A stretch of 64,000 nt of DNA from Acidimicrobiales bacterium. GTDB lineage: Bacteria > Actinomycetota > Acidimicrobiia > Acidimicrobiales > QHCF01. The stretch is from assembly GCA_039583615.1 (NCBI GenBank), contig JAVKSQ010000007.1:10960-74959 (forward strand), given 5' to 3'. The notes below the pieces were generated by a model. That model was not told the origin of the DNA. It did no database searches and saw only the letters and a list, made by a program, of their open reading frames with translations. A program made the translations under genes and the position numbers. Within the stretch, counting starts at the first letter, position 1. Every line of letters starts with the position of its first letter. Of this stretch, positions 27,404 through 35,072 are shown piece by piece.

Positions 27404-28258
27404 ATGAAGTACGACGAAGGGCGCTTGGAGGAGCTGATCGAAGAGTCCCAGGACTTGCAGGTCGACGGGATGAGGGTGGCCAACCGGTCCCTGGACGACC
27501 TGGTCGAGATCACCAGGGACCGACAGGCCCACGCCGACCCCGACGAGGCCGGTGACCTCGCCGCCGACCGCCGCCGGCTGGCCGGGACAGGCGCCAGGGT
27601 GGGAGGTGCCCTGGCCGCCGGGGCGGTGGGTGCCACCGCCCTGGGCATGGCGTCCGCCTACGCCCAGGCCAACGTCAACATCCAGGCCCTGCAGACCTCG
27701 GCCAGCCTGGAGAACCTGGCCGTCTTCACCTACAAGACGGCCCTCACCCTCCCCTACATCGCCAATGGCAACGCCACCATCAAGGCCTTTGCCATGAAGA
27801 CCATGGAACAGCACGCCGCCCACGCCCAGGCCTTCAACGCTGCCGCGGTCAAGCTCGGGGGCAAGCAGCAGCCCAACCCTGACCCGGTCCTCGCCCCCAC
27901 GGTCAAGAACATGCTGCCGGCGCTCACCGCCGCCAGCTCCACCACCGGGCCGCCCATGGTGGTCAAGCTGGCCACCCTGCTGGAGCAGACCGCGTCCGAG
28001 ACCTACAGCAAGAACTGCCAGCTCATGACCGACGCACCCTCCCGGCTGGTCATGGCCAGCGTGCTGGGCGTCGACTCCCAGCACGCGGCCATCCTGCTGG
28101 CGGTGGCGGCCCTGCTCTCAGGGGCGCCTCAGCTCATCAAGATCCCGACCGATGTGGCCGCCCTGCCGGCGGCGGCCGGGAGTGTCGGCTTCCCCGACAC
28201 CTTCTTGCCCAATACCTCCCCCTACGTCCGATCCCCCCAGGAAGGCGCCGTCGCATGA
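27404..28258 (+). CDS. Tat-signal ferritin-like domain protein, paralogue 2 (55-aa acidic N-extension before the RRR motif)
   Basis: ATG 27404 lies 8 nt after GGAGGAAG. DRRRLAGTGARVGGALAAGAVGATALGMASAYA-Q, then SASLENLAVFTY, MEQHAAHAQAF, LEQTASETY and VDSQHAAIL. Confidence 0.7.
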   Translation: MKYDEGRLEELIEESQDLQVDGMRVANRSLDDLVEITRDRQAHADPDEAGDLAADRRRLAGTGARVGGALAAGAVGATALGMASAYAQANVNIQALQTSASLENLAVFTYKTALTLPYIANGNATIKAFAMKTMEQHAAHAQAFNAAAVKLGGKQQPNPDPVLAPTVKNMLPALTAASSTTGPPMVVKLATLLEQTASETYSKNCQLMTDAPSRLVMASVLGVDSQHAAILLAVAALLSGAPQLIKIPTDVAALPAAAGSVGFPDTFLPNTSPYVRSPQEGAVA

Positions 28259-29079
28259 GCACCCACCAACCAGACCCCATGCAGATCAGCGAGGCCGAGC
28301 TTCGCCGGGCCACCGCCGACCTGGACGATTTCCACAACGAGAGCTTCCCGGCGTTCCAGCAGAGCCTGGCCACCTGGGCCGACCAGGCTCGGGATCACGC
28401 CCAGCGGATCACCGCCCAGGTGGCCAGCCGGCGCACGTTCCTGTTGGGCAGCGGAGCGGCGGTGGGCGGCCTGGCCCTGGCCGCCTGCGGAAGCAGCAAG
28501 AAGTCCGCCAGCACTACCACCACCGGCTCCTCGACCAGCAGCGGGCCAGCCGGGCCTTACAGCGGTGACGCCGAGGTGGCAGCCACCGCGGCCAGCCTGG
28601 AGAACCTGGCGGTGGCCGCCTACACAATGGGCCTCCAGGCGGCGGCGGCCAACAAGCTCGGCAAGGTGCCCCCGGCGGTGGCCACCTTTGCCACCACCGC
28701 CAGAGCACAGCACACGGCCCACGTCGGCGCCTTCAACTCGGTGGTCACCGCAGCCGGCAAGCCGGCAGTGACCAAGGCCGACCCCGCCATTCTCTCGACC
28801 GTCACGGCCGCCTTCAACCAGGTCAAGGATGTCACCGGCCTGGCCAAGCTGGCCTTGGAGCTGGAGAACACGGCGGCCAACACCTACCTCAACGACCTGG
28901 GGATGGACCTCAAGTCCAGCCAGCTCATCGGTGCGCTGGCCACCATCCAGCCGGTGGAGCGCATGCACGTGGCGATCCTCAATTTCGTCCTGGGCCAGTA
29001 CCCGGTACCGGACACCTTCGAGACCGCCATGGCCGGGGCGCCGGGCGGGGCACGGCCGGCTACCGACATCAACGCATGA
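28255..29079 (+). CDS. Tat-signal ferritin-like domain lipoprotein, paralogue 3 (about 57-aa N-extension before the RR motif)
   Basis: ATG 28255 overlaps the paralogue-2 stop (ATGA). SRRTFLLGSGAAVGGLALAACGSS, then AASLENLAVAAY, ARAQHTAHVGAF, LENTAANTY and VERMHVAIL. The extension codons are about 90% GC3, so they look translated. Confidence 0.7.
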   Translation: MSTHQPDPMQISEAELRRATADLDDFHNESFPAFQQSLATWADQARDHAQRITAQVASRRTFLLGSGAAVGGLALAACGSSKKSASTTTTGSSTSSGPAGPYSGDAEVAATAASLENLAVAAYTMGLQAAAANKLGKVPPAVATFATTARAQHTAHVGAFNSVVTAAGKPAVTKADPAILSTVTAAFNQVKDVTGLAKLALELENTAANTYLNDLGMDLKSSQLIGALATIQPVERMHVAILNFVLGQYPVPDTFETAMAGAPGGARPATDINA

Positions 29080-29137
29080 CCTGAGCGGGCGCCAGGGGCG
29101 GGCCTGAGGCAGCCCGCGGAGCGGTAGCCTGGAGGCC

Positions 29138-29419
29138 ATGGCCCTCCTGGACGACGACACCATCGCCGACGCCGTTTCCCGGCTCGCCTGGGAGCGCCAG
29201 GGTGACGAGCTGGTCAAGATGCACCAGGCCAAGGACTTCGCCGGCGCCCTGGCCTTCGTCAACCAGGTGGGTGAGCGGGCCGAGGCCGCCAACCACCACC
29301 CCGACATCGACATCCGCTGGAACACCGTCACCCTGCGGCTCTCCACCCATTCGGCGGGTGGCATCACCCAGGCCGACCTGGACCTGGCCGGCCAGATCGA
29401 CGCCCTGGCCCGCCAGTAG
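29138..29419 (+). CDS. 4a-hydroxytetrahydrobiopterin (pterin-4a-carbinolamine) dehydratase
   Basis: 93 aa. FVNQVGERAEAANHHPDIDIRWNTVTLRLSTHSAGGIT is the PCD/DCoH signature. Confidence 0.85.
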   Translation: MALLDDDTIADAVSRLAWERQGDELVKMHQAKDFAGALAFVNQVGERAEAANHHPDIDIRWNTVTLRLSTHSAGGITQADLDLAGQIDALARQ

Positions 29420-29471
29420 GGAACCGCTCACGCGCTACCTCCCGTACCACCAGCTCGAGGGCCGACCCAAC

Positions 29472-30437
29472 GTGGTGGTAGACGGGGCGGCTGGCCCCGG
29501 GACGGTCCTCACCCTTTCTCACTGGCCCCGCAGCCCGACCCCGCACCCCTTGGCCGCTGACCTCTCGGCCCAGATAGCCCGGCGCTGGCTGGAGAGAAGG
29601 TACCGCGCCCGGTGGCCCGGCGCCGAGGCGGTGACCAACGACCACCTCGACCAAGACGGCCTGGTATCCCTCTACGTCCTGGTCAGCCCGGGGTCAGCTC
29701 TGGCCCGATGGGGCGTCCTCGAAGAGGTGGCCAGGGTCGGAGACTTCGCCACCTCTCCGAGCCGTGCCGCGGCCCGGGTGAGCTTTGCCCTGGCCACCCT
29801 GGCGGACCCGGATCGCTCCCCTCTTGGTGCCGCATCGCTCGACCAGCCCTACCCACAGCGCTGCGCCGCCCTCACCGAGGAGCTGCTGGGCCGCCTGCCC
29901 GGGCTGGTGGACCACCCAGGGGCCGAGCGCCAGCTGTGGGCCGACGAGGAGGCCACCCTGGAGGCCAGCCAGGCCGCCCTGGCCTCGGGCCGGGTGAGCA
30001 TCGAGGAGGTGCCGGAGCTGGACCTGGCGGTGGTCCACGTGGCGGCCGGGTGCCCCGGCGGTCTGGCTACCCGGTTCATGAGCCGGCGGGATGCCCCGTG
30101 CCATCCGGTCGTCATCCACAACGCCACCAGCGCTGGGCGGGTGGTACTCATCCAAGGCGAGCGAGTCGAGGTGAGCTACCGGTACGAGTCGTGGGTGCGC
30201 ATGGTGTCGCGCCGCCCGGCCCGGCGGGTCGACCTCGCCCCGCTGGCCGAGCAGCTGACCACCGAGGAGGCTCCGGGCGGCCCCATCTGGGTCTTCGACG
30301 GCGTGGAGGCCATCACTCCCTCCCTTCGCCCGGTGGGCGACGGCCGTACCACCATCGAGCCAGCCCGGGTCAGACGCCTGTTGGAGGGCCACCTGCGCGC
30401 CGCCCGTCCCACCTGGGCCCCGCCACCCCGGCGGTAG
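29472..30437 (+). CDS. Conserved hypothetical protein (start uncertain)
   Basis: Long high-GC3 frame (..VVVDGAAGPGTVLTLSHWP..TNDHLDQDGLVSLYV..). The frame is open back to 29202, but GTG 29472 is the first canonical start after the PCD stop. I recognise no catalytic motif. Confidence 0.5.
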   Translation: MVVDGAAGPGTVLTLSHWPRSPTPHPLAADLSAQIARRWLERRYRARWPGAEAVTNDHLDQDGLVSLYVLVSPGSALARWGVLEEVARVGDFATSPSRAAARVSFALATLADPDRSPLGAASLDQPYPQRCAALTEELLGRLPGLVDHPGAERQLWADEEATLEASQAALASGRVSIEEVPELDLAVVHVAAGCPGGLATRFMSRRDAPCHPVVIHNATSAGRVVLIQGERVEVSYRYESWVRMVSRRPARRVDLAPLAEQLTTEEAPGGPIWVFDGVEAITPSLRPVGDGRTTIEPARVRRLLEGHLRAARPTWAPPPRR

Positions 30438-30489
30438 GCGACCTGGCCGGCCCCTCCGGGGGCAATGGGTCGGCCGGTAGCGTGTCGGG

Positions 30490-31362
30490 ATGGACGAGTG
30501 CCTATGTCTTTTGACTGTGCACGCCCACCCTGACGACGAGTCATCCAAGGGAGCCGGCACCGTGGCTCGCTACCACCAGGACGGGGTCCACACGGTCCTG
30601 GTCTGCGCCACGGGTGGCGAGGAAGGCGACATTCTCAATCCGGTCATGGACCGCCCCGACGTTCGGGCCCGGCTGCACGAGATTCGCAAGGAGGAGCTGG
30701 CCCGGGCCGCCGAGGTCATCGGCTACGACGAGGTGGTCATGCTGGGCTACCGGGACTCCGGCATGGCCGGCACGCCGGCCAACGATGACCCGCGCTGCTT
30801 TGCTCGTGCGCCACTCACCGAGGCCGTCGGGCGCCTGGTGGCCGAGGTCCGCCGGACGCGCCCGCAAGTGGTGGTTACCTACAGCGACGACCAGAGGGGC
30901 TACCCCCACCCTGACCACCTGCGGGTCCACGACATAGGCGTGGCCGCCTTCGACGTGGCCGGGGATGCCAGCAGCTATCCCGAGGCGGGGCCGCCCTGGC
31001 AGCCGCTCAAGCTCTATTACACGCTGTGGTCCAGGGCCCGGATCGTGGCGACGCACGAGAAGTTCCTCGAGCTGGGCCTGGAGTCGCCCTTCGACGAGGA
31101 GTGGTTCGAAGGGCGGCCCTCTCAACAAGACCACATCACCACCACCATCGACGTGGCCGAGTGGGCAGACGTCCGCCCCAACGCCTTGCTGGCCCACGCC
31201 ACCCAGGTGGATCCCACCTCGAAATTCTGGTTCGGGCTGCCCCCCGAGGTGGCCAGGGCCATCCATCCCTACGACGAGTACTGCCTGGCCCGCAGCCTGG
31301 TGGCGACCAGTGAGCCCGAAGACGACCTCTTCAGCGGGGTGAGGGATGCCGTCAGGCGGTAA
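30490..31362 (+). CDS. mca: Mycothiol S-conjugate amidase (PIG-L/LmbE family)
   Basis: LLTVHAHPDDESSKGAGTVARYHQDGVHTVLVCATGGEEGDILNPVM closely parallels mycobacterial Mca (..MAVHAHPDDESSKGAAT..). 290 aa. Confidence 0.85.
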   Translation: MDECLCLLTVHAHPDDESSKGAGTVARYHQDGVHTVLVCATGGEEGDILNPVMDRPDVRARLHEIRKEELARAAEVIGYDEVVMLGYRDSGMAGTPANDDPRCFARAPLTEAVGRLVAEVRRTRPQVVVTYSDDQRGYPHPDHLRVHDIGVAAFDVAGDASSYPEAGPPWQPLKLYYTLWSRARIVATHEKFLELGLESPFDEEWFEGRPSQQDHITTTIDVAEWADVRPNALLAHATQVDPTSKFWFGLPPEVARAIHPYDEYCLARSLVATSEPEDDLFSGVRDAVRR

Positions 31363-31408
31363 CCTCGACGTTCGATCTTCCCTGACTAGGAATGACGGAG
31401 GCACCGAC

Positions 31409-31795
31409 ATGGCCAAGTGGCTTACCCAGGAGTGGTTGGACGAGTTCAAGAGGCTGGCCCAGAGCCAGCCCGAGCGACCTGGTGCCTCAGCCCGCATGCA
31501 GTACGTGGTCACCGGCGGTCCCGAGGGAGACGTCCGGTACTACTGGGTGCTGGAGAACGGCAAGCTGCTGGACACCAAGCTGGGGGATCTTCCCGAGCCC
31601 GAGGTCGTGCTCACCCAATCCTACGAGGACGCCCGCAAGATCCAGCAGGGCGACCTCGACCCCAATGCCGCCTTCATGCAGGGCCGGGTCAAGGTGACCG
31701 GGGACATGGCCAAGCTCATGTCGCTACTGCCCATCACCAACTCGCCCGAGTACAAGCAGCTCCAGACGGAGATCCTGGCCGTCACCGAATTCTGA
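31409..31795 (+). CDS. SCP2 sterol-carrier-like domain protein
   Basis: ATG 31409 lies 8 nt after GGAGG. The C-terminal DLDPNAAFMQGRVKVTGDMAKLMSL is the SCP2 signature. Confidence 0.75.
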   Translation: MAKWLTQEWLDEFKRLAQSQPERPGASARMQYVVTGGPEGDVRYYWVLENGKLLDTKLGDLPEPEVVLTQSYEDARKIQQGDLDPNAAFMQGRVKVTGDMAKLMSLLPITNSPEYKQLQTEILAVTEF

Positions 31796-31832
31796 CTGAC
31801 CAGCCGGCCACGCAGTGGCCTTGGCTGGTCAG
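31796..31832. terminator. Long GC hairpin between convergent SCP2 and tatA genes (candidate bidirectional terminator)
   Basis: CTGACCAGCCGGCCAC-gca-GTGGCC(tt)GGCTGGTCAG, a 16-bp stem with a 2-nt bulge, starting 1 nt after the SCP2 stop. No U-tract. Confidence 0.5.
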
Positions 31833-31899
31833 AAGAGCAGAAAGCTCCCGCCAGCGGCGGGGCGGGGCCCTCGGGGTACTCGGGGCGGCGCCCCAAGAG

Positions 31900-32331
31900 T
31901 CAGGGGAGCGGGGGCAGGTCGCTCTCCCGAGCGGGGGGCGGGGGCGCCGGCTGGGGGGCTGGTGGAGGGAGATCGGCTGGTTGGGCTGTCGGCTGGGCTG
32001 GCTGGGCAACCGACGGGGCGGCCGCGGTGGGCGACGGGGCGGCCGCGGTGGGCGGTGGGGCGGCCGCGGTGGGCGGTGGGGCGGCTGGAGTGGGCTGGGC
32101 CAACGGCGGAACTACCGGCGGGACCGGCTGGGCTGGCTGGGCAACCGGCGGGACCGGCTGGACCGGCTGGGCCGGCTGCTGGCCCTCGTTGAGGCCGCGG
32201 TGGAATTCGTTCTTGGCCGAGCCGAGGGACTTGGCCAGCTTGGGTATCTTCGAGCCGCCAAAGAGCAGAGCGATCGCGCCCACGATGATGACGATCAAGG
32301 CGTCGGGGCCGACGATGTTGGCGTAGATCAT
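31900..32331 (-). CDS. tatA: Twin-arginine translocase subunit TatA/E with a long Pro/Ala/Gln-rich repetitive tail
   Basis: GPDALIVIIVGAIALLFGGSKIPKLAKSLGSAKNEFHRGL is the canonical TatA TM plus amphipathic helix. It is followed by about 95 aa of QPAQPVPPV / PTAAAPP repeats. Confidence 0.85.
   Translation of the reverse strand: MIYANIVGPDALIVIIVGAIALLFGGSKIPKLAKSLGSAKNEFHRGLNEGQQPAQPVQPVPPVAQPAQPVPPVVPPLAQPTPAAPPPTAAAPPPTAAAPSPTAAAPSVAQPAQPTAQPADLPPPAPQPAPPPPARESDLPPLP
32015..32098. repeat. 21-bp tandem repeat x3 plus one degenerate copy inside the tatA tail (GGGGCGGCCGCGGTGGGCGRY on the plus strand)
   Basis: Units at 32015, 32036 and 32057, with a degenerate copy at 32078. In frame (7 codons), encoding PTAAAP(P/S). 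Confidence 0.9.
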
Positions 32332-32364
32332 GGTGTGAGATCCTACCTCGGCGGCGACCGGGGC

Positions 32365-32640
32365 TCAGCGCACCCGGAACGACCGCTCGCCGACCGGCTC
32401 CTCGGTCACCACCTCGACGCCTTGCACCCTGGCCAGAGGCGGCCCGTGTCGGCACCACGCCACCAGCCTCTCGACCGGCTCGGGGGGTCCCTCGAACACC
32501 GCCTCCACCTGGCCGTCGCCCCGGTTGCGGACCCAGCCAGCCAGCCCGGCGGCGCGCGCCTGGCGCCGGCAGGTGTCCCGGAAGAACACTCCCTGGACGG
32601 CCCCGCTCACCAGCACCCGGCGCCGTATCGTCTCTGGCAT
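32365..32640 (-). CDS. acyP: Acylphosphatase
   Basis: 91 aa from ATG 32640: MPETIRRRVLVSGAVQGVFFRD...GWVRNRGDGQVEAVFEG, carrying both acylphosphatase signatures. Confidence 0.85.
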   Translation of the reverse strand: MPETIRRRVLVSGAVQGVFFRDTCRRQARAAGLAGWVRNRGDGQVEAVFEGPPEPVERLVAWCRHGPPLARVQGVEVVTEEPVGERSFRVR

Positions 32641-32650
32641 GAGGGACCGG

Positions 32651-33472
32651 ATGGTATCCGAGGCCGGCTTGGCGGTGGTCGACGTGACCGTGCGCTTCGG
32701 CGGGGTGTGCGCCCTGGAGCAGGTCTCCCTCCGCTTCGGGCCCGGCGAGGTGGTCGGGGTCATCGGGCCCAACGGAGCCGGCAAGACGACGCTGTTCAAC
32801 GTCATCTGCGGGTTCGTGAAGCCCACTTCGGGCCACGTCGAGCACCGGGGCAAGCCCATACGACCTGCTCCCCACCGGCTGGCCTCCCTCGGCATCGCCC
32901 GGACGCTGCAGAGCGTGGGCCTGTGGAAGGGCCTCACAGTGGCCGAGAACGTCATGGTCGCAGCCGGCCAGGCGGCTGGTGCCAGCTCGGAGGGCGAGGC
33001 CGGACTGCTGGCCTGCGCCCTGGGGCTGAGGCGCGCCGGCCGGGCAGAACGGGCCCTGGCTGAGGCGTCCCTCGACCTGCTGGGCCAGCTCGACCTGTCC
33101 GCCTACGCCGACCACCTGCCCACCACCCTGCCCTATGGCGTGCAGAAGCGAGTGGCACTGGCTCGGGCGCTGGCATGCGAGCCCTCGCTTCTGCTCCTGG
33201 ACGAGCCGGCCAGCGGTCTGTCCGACAGCGAGGTTGCCGACCTGGCCCGACGCCTGGATGTGCTGCGCAACCGAATGGGCATCCTCCTGGTCGAACACCG
33301 GATGGACCTGGTCATGTCGGTGAGCGACTCCCTGGCCGTGCTGGACTTCGGCAAGGTGCTGGCCACCGGGTCACCCGCTCAGGTCCGCTCCGACCCCAAG
33401 GTGGTCGAGGCCTACCTGGGGCACCGCGCTCACCAGGCTCAGCCGACGCCGTCCCCCCACCGTGGGGGTTGA
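32651..33472 (+). CDS. livG: Branched-chain amino-acid ABC transporter ATP-binding protein (LivG-type)
   Basis: Walker A GPNGAGKTT, signature LPYGVQKRVALARAL, Walker B LLLLDEPASGL. The start is ATG 32651 (MVSEAG..) or ATG 32639, which would overlap the acyP start codon. Confidence 0.85.
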   Translation: MVSEAGLAVVDVTVRFGGVCALEQVSLRFGPGEVVGVIGPNGAGKTTLFNVICGFVKPTSGHVEHRGKPIRPAPHRLASLGIARTLQSVGLWKGLTVAENVMVAAGQAAGASSEGEAGLLACALGLRRAGRAERALAEASLDLLGQLDLSAYADHLPTTLPYGVQKRVALARALACEPSLLLLDEPASGLSDSEVADLARRLDVLRNRMGILLVEHRMDLVMSVSDSLAVLDFGKVLATGSPAQVRSDPKVVEAYLGHRAHQAQPTPSPHRGG

Positions 33473-34190
33473 GCCGGCGGCGGTCCGGGTCAGGGGTCTG
33501 AGCGCCTGTCACGGGCCGGTAAAGGCCCTGGAGGACGCCTCCCTCGACCTACCTGGCGCTTCCATCACCGCCGTGCTGGGCCCCAACGGGGCCGGCAAGA
33601 CCACTTTGCTGCGGACCATGACCGGCCTGACTAGGGCGACCGCCGGCCGGGTCGAGTACGGCGGCCACGACCTCTGTGCCCTGGCTCCCGAGGAGGTGGT
33701 CCGCCTGGGCGTGGCCCACGTGCCCGAGGGACGGGGGGTCATCCAGGAGCTGACGGTGCAGGAGAACCTCCGCCTGGGAGCCCTGTGGCGGGCCGACCGG
33801 GTCGACCGCCGCCAGGCCCTGGCCGAGGTGCTCGAGCTGTTCCCGGCCCTCCAGCGTCGCCGGCGGTCGTCGGCCTCCACCCTGTCCGGCGGCGAGCGCC
33901 AGATGCTGGTCGTGGGCCGGGCGCTCATGGCCCGGCCCCGGGTGCTGCTCCTCGACGAGCCCTCACTGGGCCTGGCCCCCATGGTCGCCGAGCAGACCAT
34001 GGCACTGCTCGTCCGGCTGCGGGACGAGGCAGGGCTGGCGGTGCTGCTGGTGGAGCAGGATGCCCGGGGTGCCCTGGCGGTGGCCGACCAGGCCGTGGTG
34101 CTGGCGGTCGGCCGGGTGGTGATGTCCGGGCCGGCGGCGGTGATCGGCGGTGCCGACGCCGCCCTGCTCCACCACCACCTGGGGTGGTGA
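33462..34190 (+). CDS. livF: Branched-chain amino-acid ABC transporter ATP-binding protein (LivF-type)
   Basis: GPNGAGKTTLL, LSGGERQML and LLLLDEPSLGLAP. The GTG start overlaps the livG 3' end. Confidence 0.85.
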   Translation: MGVEPAAVRVRGLSACHGPVKALEDASLDLPGASITAVLGPNGAGKTTLLRTMTGLTRATAGRVEYGGHDLCALAPEEVVRLGVAHVPEGRGVIQELTVQENLRLGALWRADRVDRRQALAEVLELFPALQRRRRSSASTLSGGERQMLVVGRALMARPRVLLLDEPSLGLAPMVAEQTMALLVRLRDEAGLAVLLVEQDARGALAVADQAVVLAVGRVVMSGPAAVIGGADAALLHHHLGW

Positions 34191-34193
34191 GCG

Positions 34194-35072
34194 GTGCGTG
34201 CCTTCCTCTCCTACACCTTGGGCGGCATCACCGCCGGGATGGTCTACTCGGCAGTGGCCCTGGCCCTGGTCCTCATCTGGCGGGCCACTCGGGTGGTCAA
34301 TTTCGCCCAGGGAGGCCTGGCCATGGTGACCACCTACCTGGCCGTGACCCTGATCGACCGTCACGAGCCCTACTGGCTGGCCTTCGCTGCCGCCCTGGCG
34401 GCAGGGCTGCTGCTCGGGGCATTGGTCGAGGTCACGCTGGTGCGGCCCCTGGCGCGCCGTCCCCACCTCAATGCGGTCATCGTCACCCTGGGCCTGCTGG
34501 TGGTGGCGGAGGGGGCGGCCGGGCTGATCTGGGGCGGAGGACTCAGAGCGTTCCCGGCCCCTTTTTCGACGAATGGCCTGAGAATGGGGCACACCACCTT
34601 GGACCTCTCGCCGTTCGACGCCTTCACGGTGGCGGCCGTGGTGGCGACCATGGTGGCGCTGGTGGTGCTGTTCAGGGCGACTGACCTGGGGCTGCGCATG
34701 CGGGCCGCCGCCTTCGAGCCCGAGGTGGCCCGGCTGCTGGGAGTCAGGGTGGGACGGGTGCTCACCCTGGGCTGGGCGCTGGCCACCCTGGCGGGGTCGC
34801 TGGCCGGCCTGCTGGTGGCGCCCGGCACCTTCCTCTCGCCCAACTACATGGACGCCGTGCTCGTCTACGGGTTCACCGCCGCGGTCGTCGGCGGCCTGGA
34901 CAGCCCGGTCGGAGCCCTCGTCGGCGGCCTGGTCACCGGCCTCGCCCTCAGCTACCTGGGGGGCTACGTGTCGGGCCGGCTGGAGGCGCTGGGGGCGCTG
35001 GCCATCCTGGTGGCGGTGCTCCTGGTCCGACCGGCTGGGCTGGTGGGCAGCACCAGCCGGCGGAGGGTGTGA
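34194..35072 (+). CDS. livH: Branched-chain amino-acid ABC transporter permease (LivH-type)
   Basis: 292 aa. Typical LivH N-terminus (L..GLT.G.VYSAVALALVLIW..T.VVNFAQG). Confidence 0.85.
   Translation: MRAFLSYTLGGITAGMVYSAVALALVLIWRATRVVNFAQGGLAMVTTYLAVTLIDRHEPYWLAFAAALAAGLLLGALVEVTLVRPLARRPHLNAVIVTLGLLVVAEGAAGLIWGGGLRAFPAPFSTNGLRMGHTTLDLSPFDAFTVAAVVATMVALVVLFRATDLGLRMRAAAFEPEVARLLGVRVGRVLTLGWALATLAGSLAGLLVAPGTFLSPNYMDAVLVYGFTAAVVGGLDSPVGALVGGLVTGLALSYLGGYVSGRLEALGALAILVAVLLVRPAGLVGSTSRRRV

Noticed and set aside
32639-32641. livG initiating at ATG 32639, sharing bases with the acyP start codon
   Set aside because: Not excluded, but ATG 32651, preceded by GAGGGA, is the more conventional choice. 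It is kept as an alternative in the feature note.
31417-33298. 548-aa (+) and 489-aa (-) ORFs spanning SCP2, tatA, acyP and livG
   Set aside because: They cross four well-supported genes in wrong frames or strands. The Gly/Arg repeats simply mirror the tatA Pro-rich DNA repeats.
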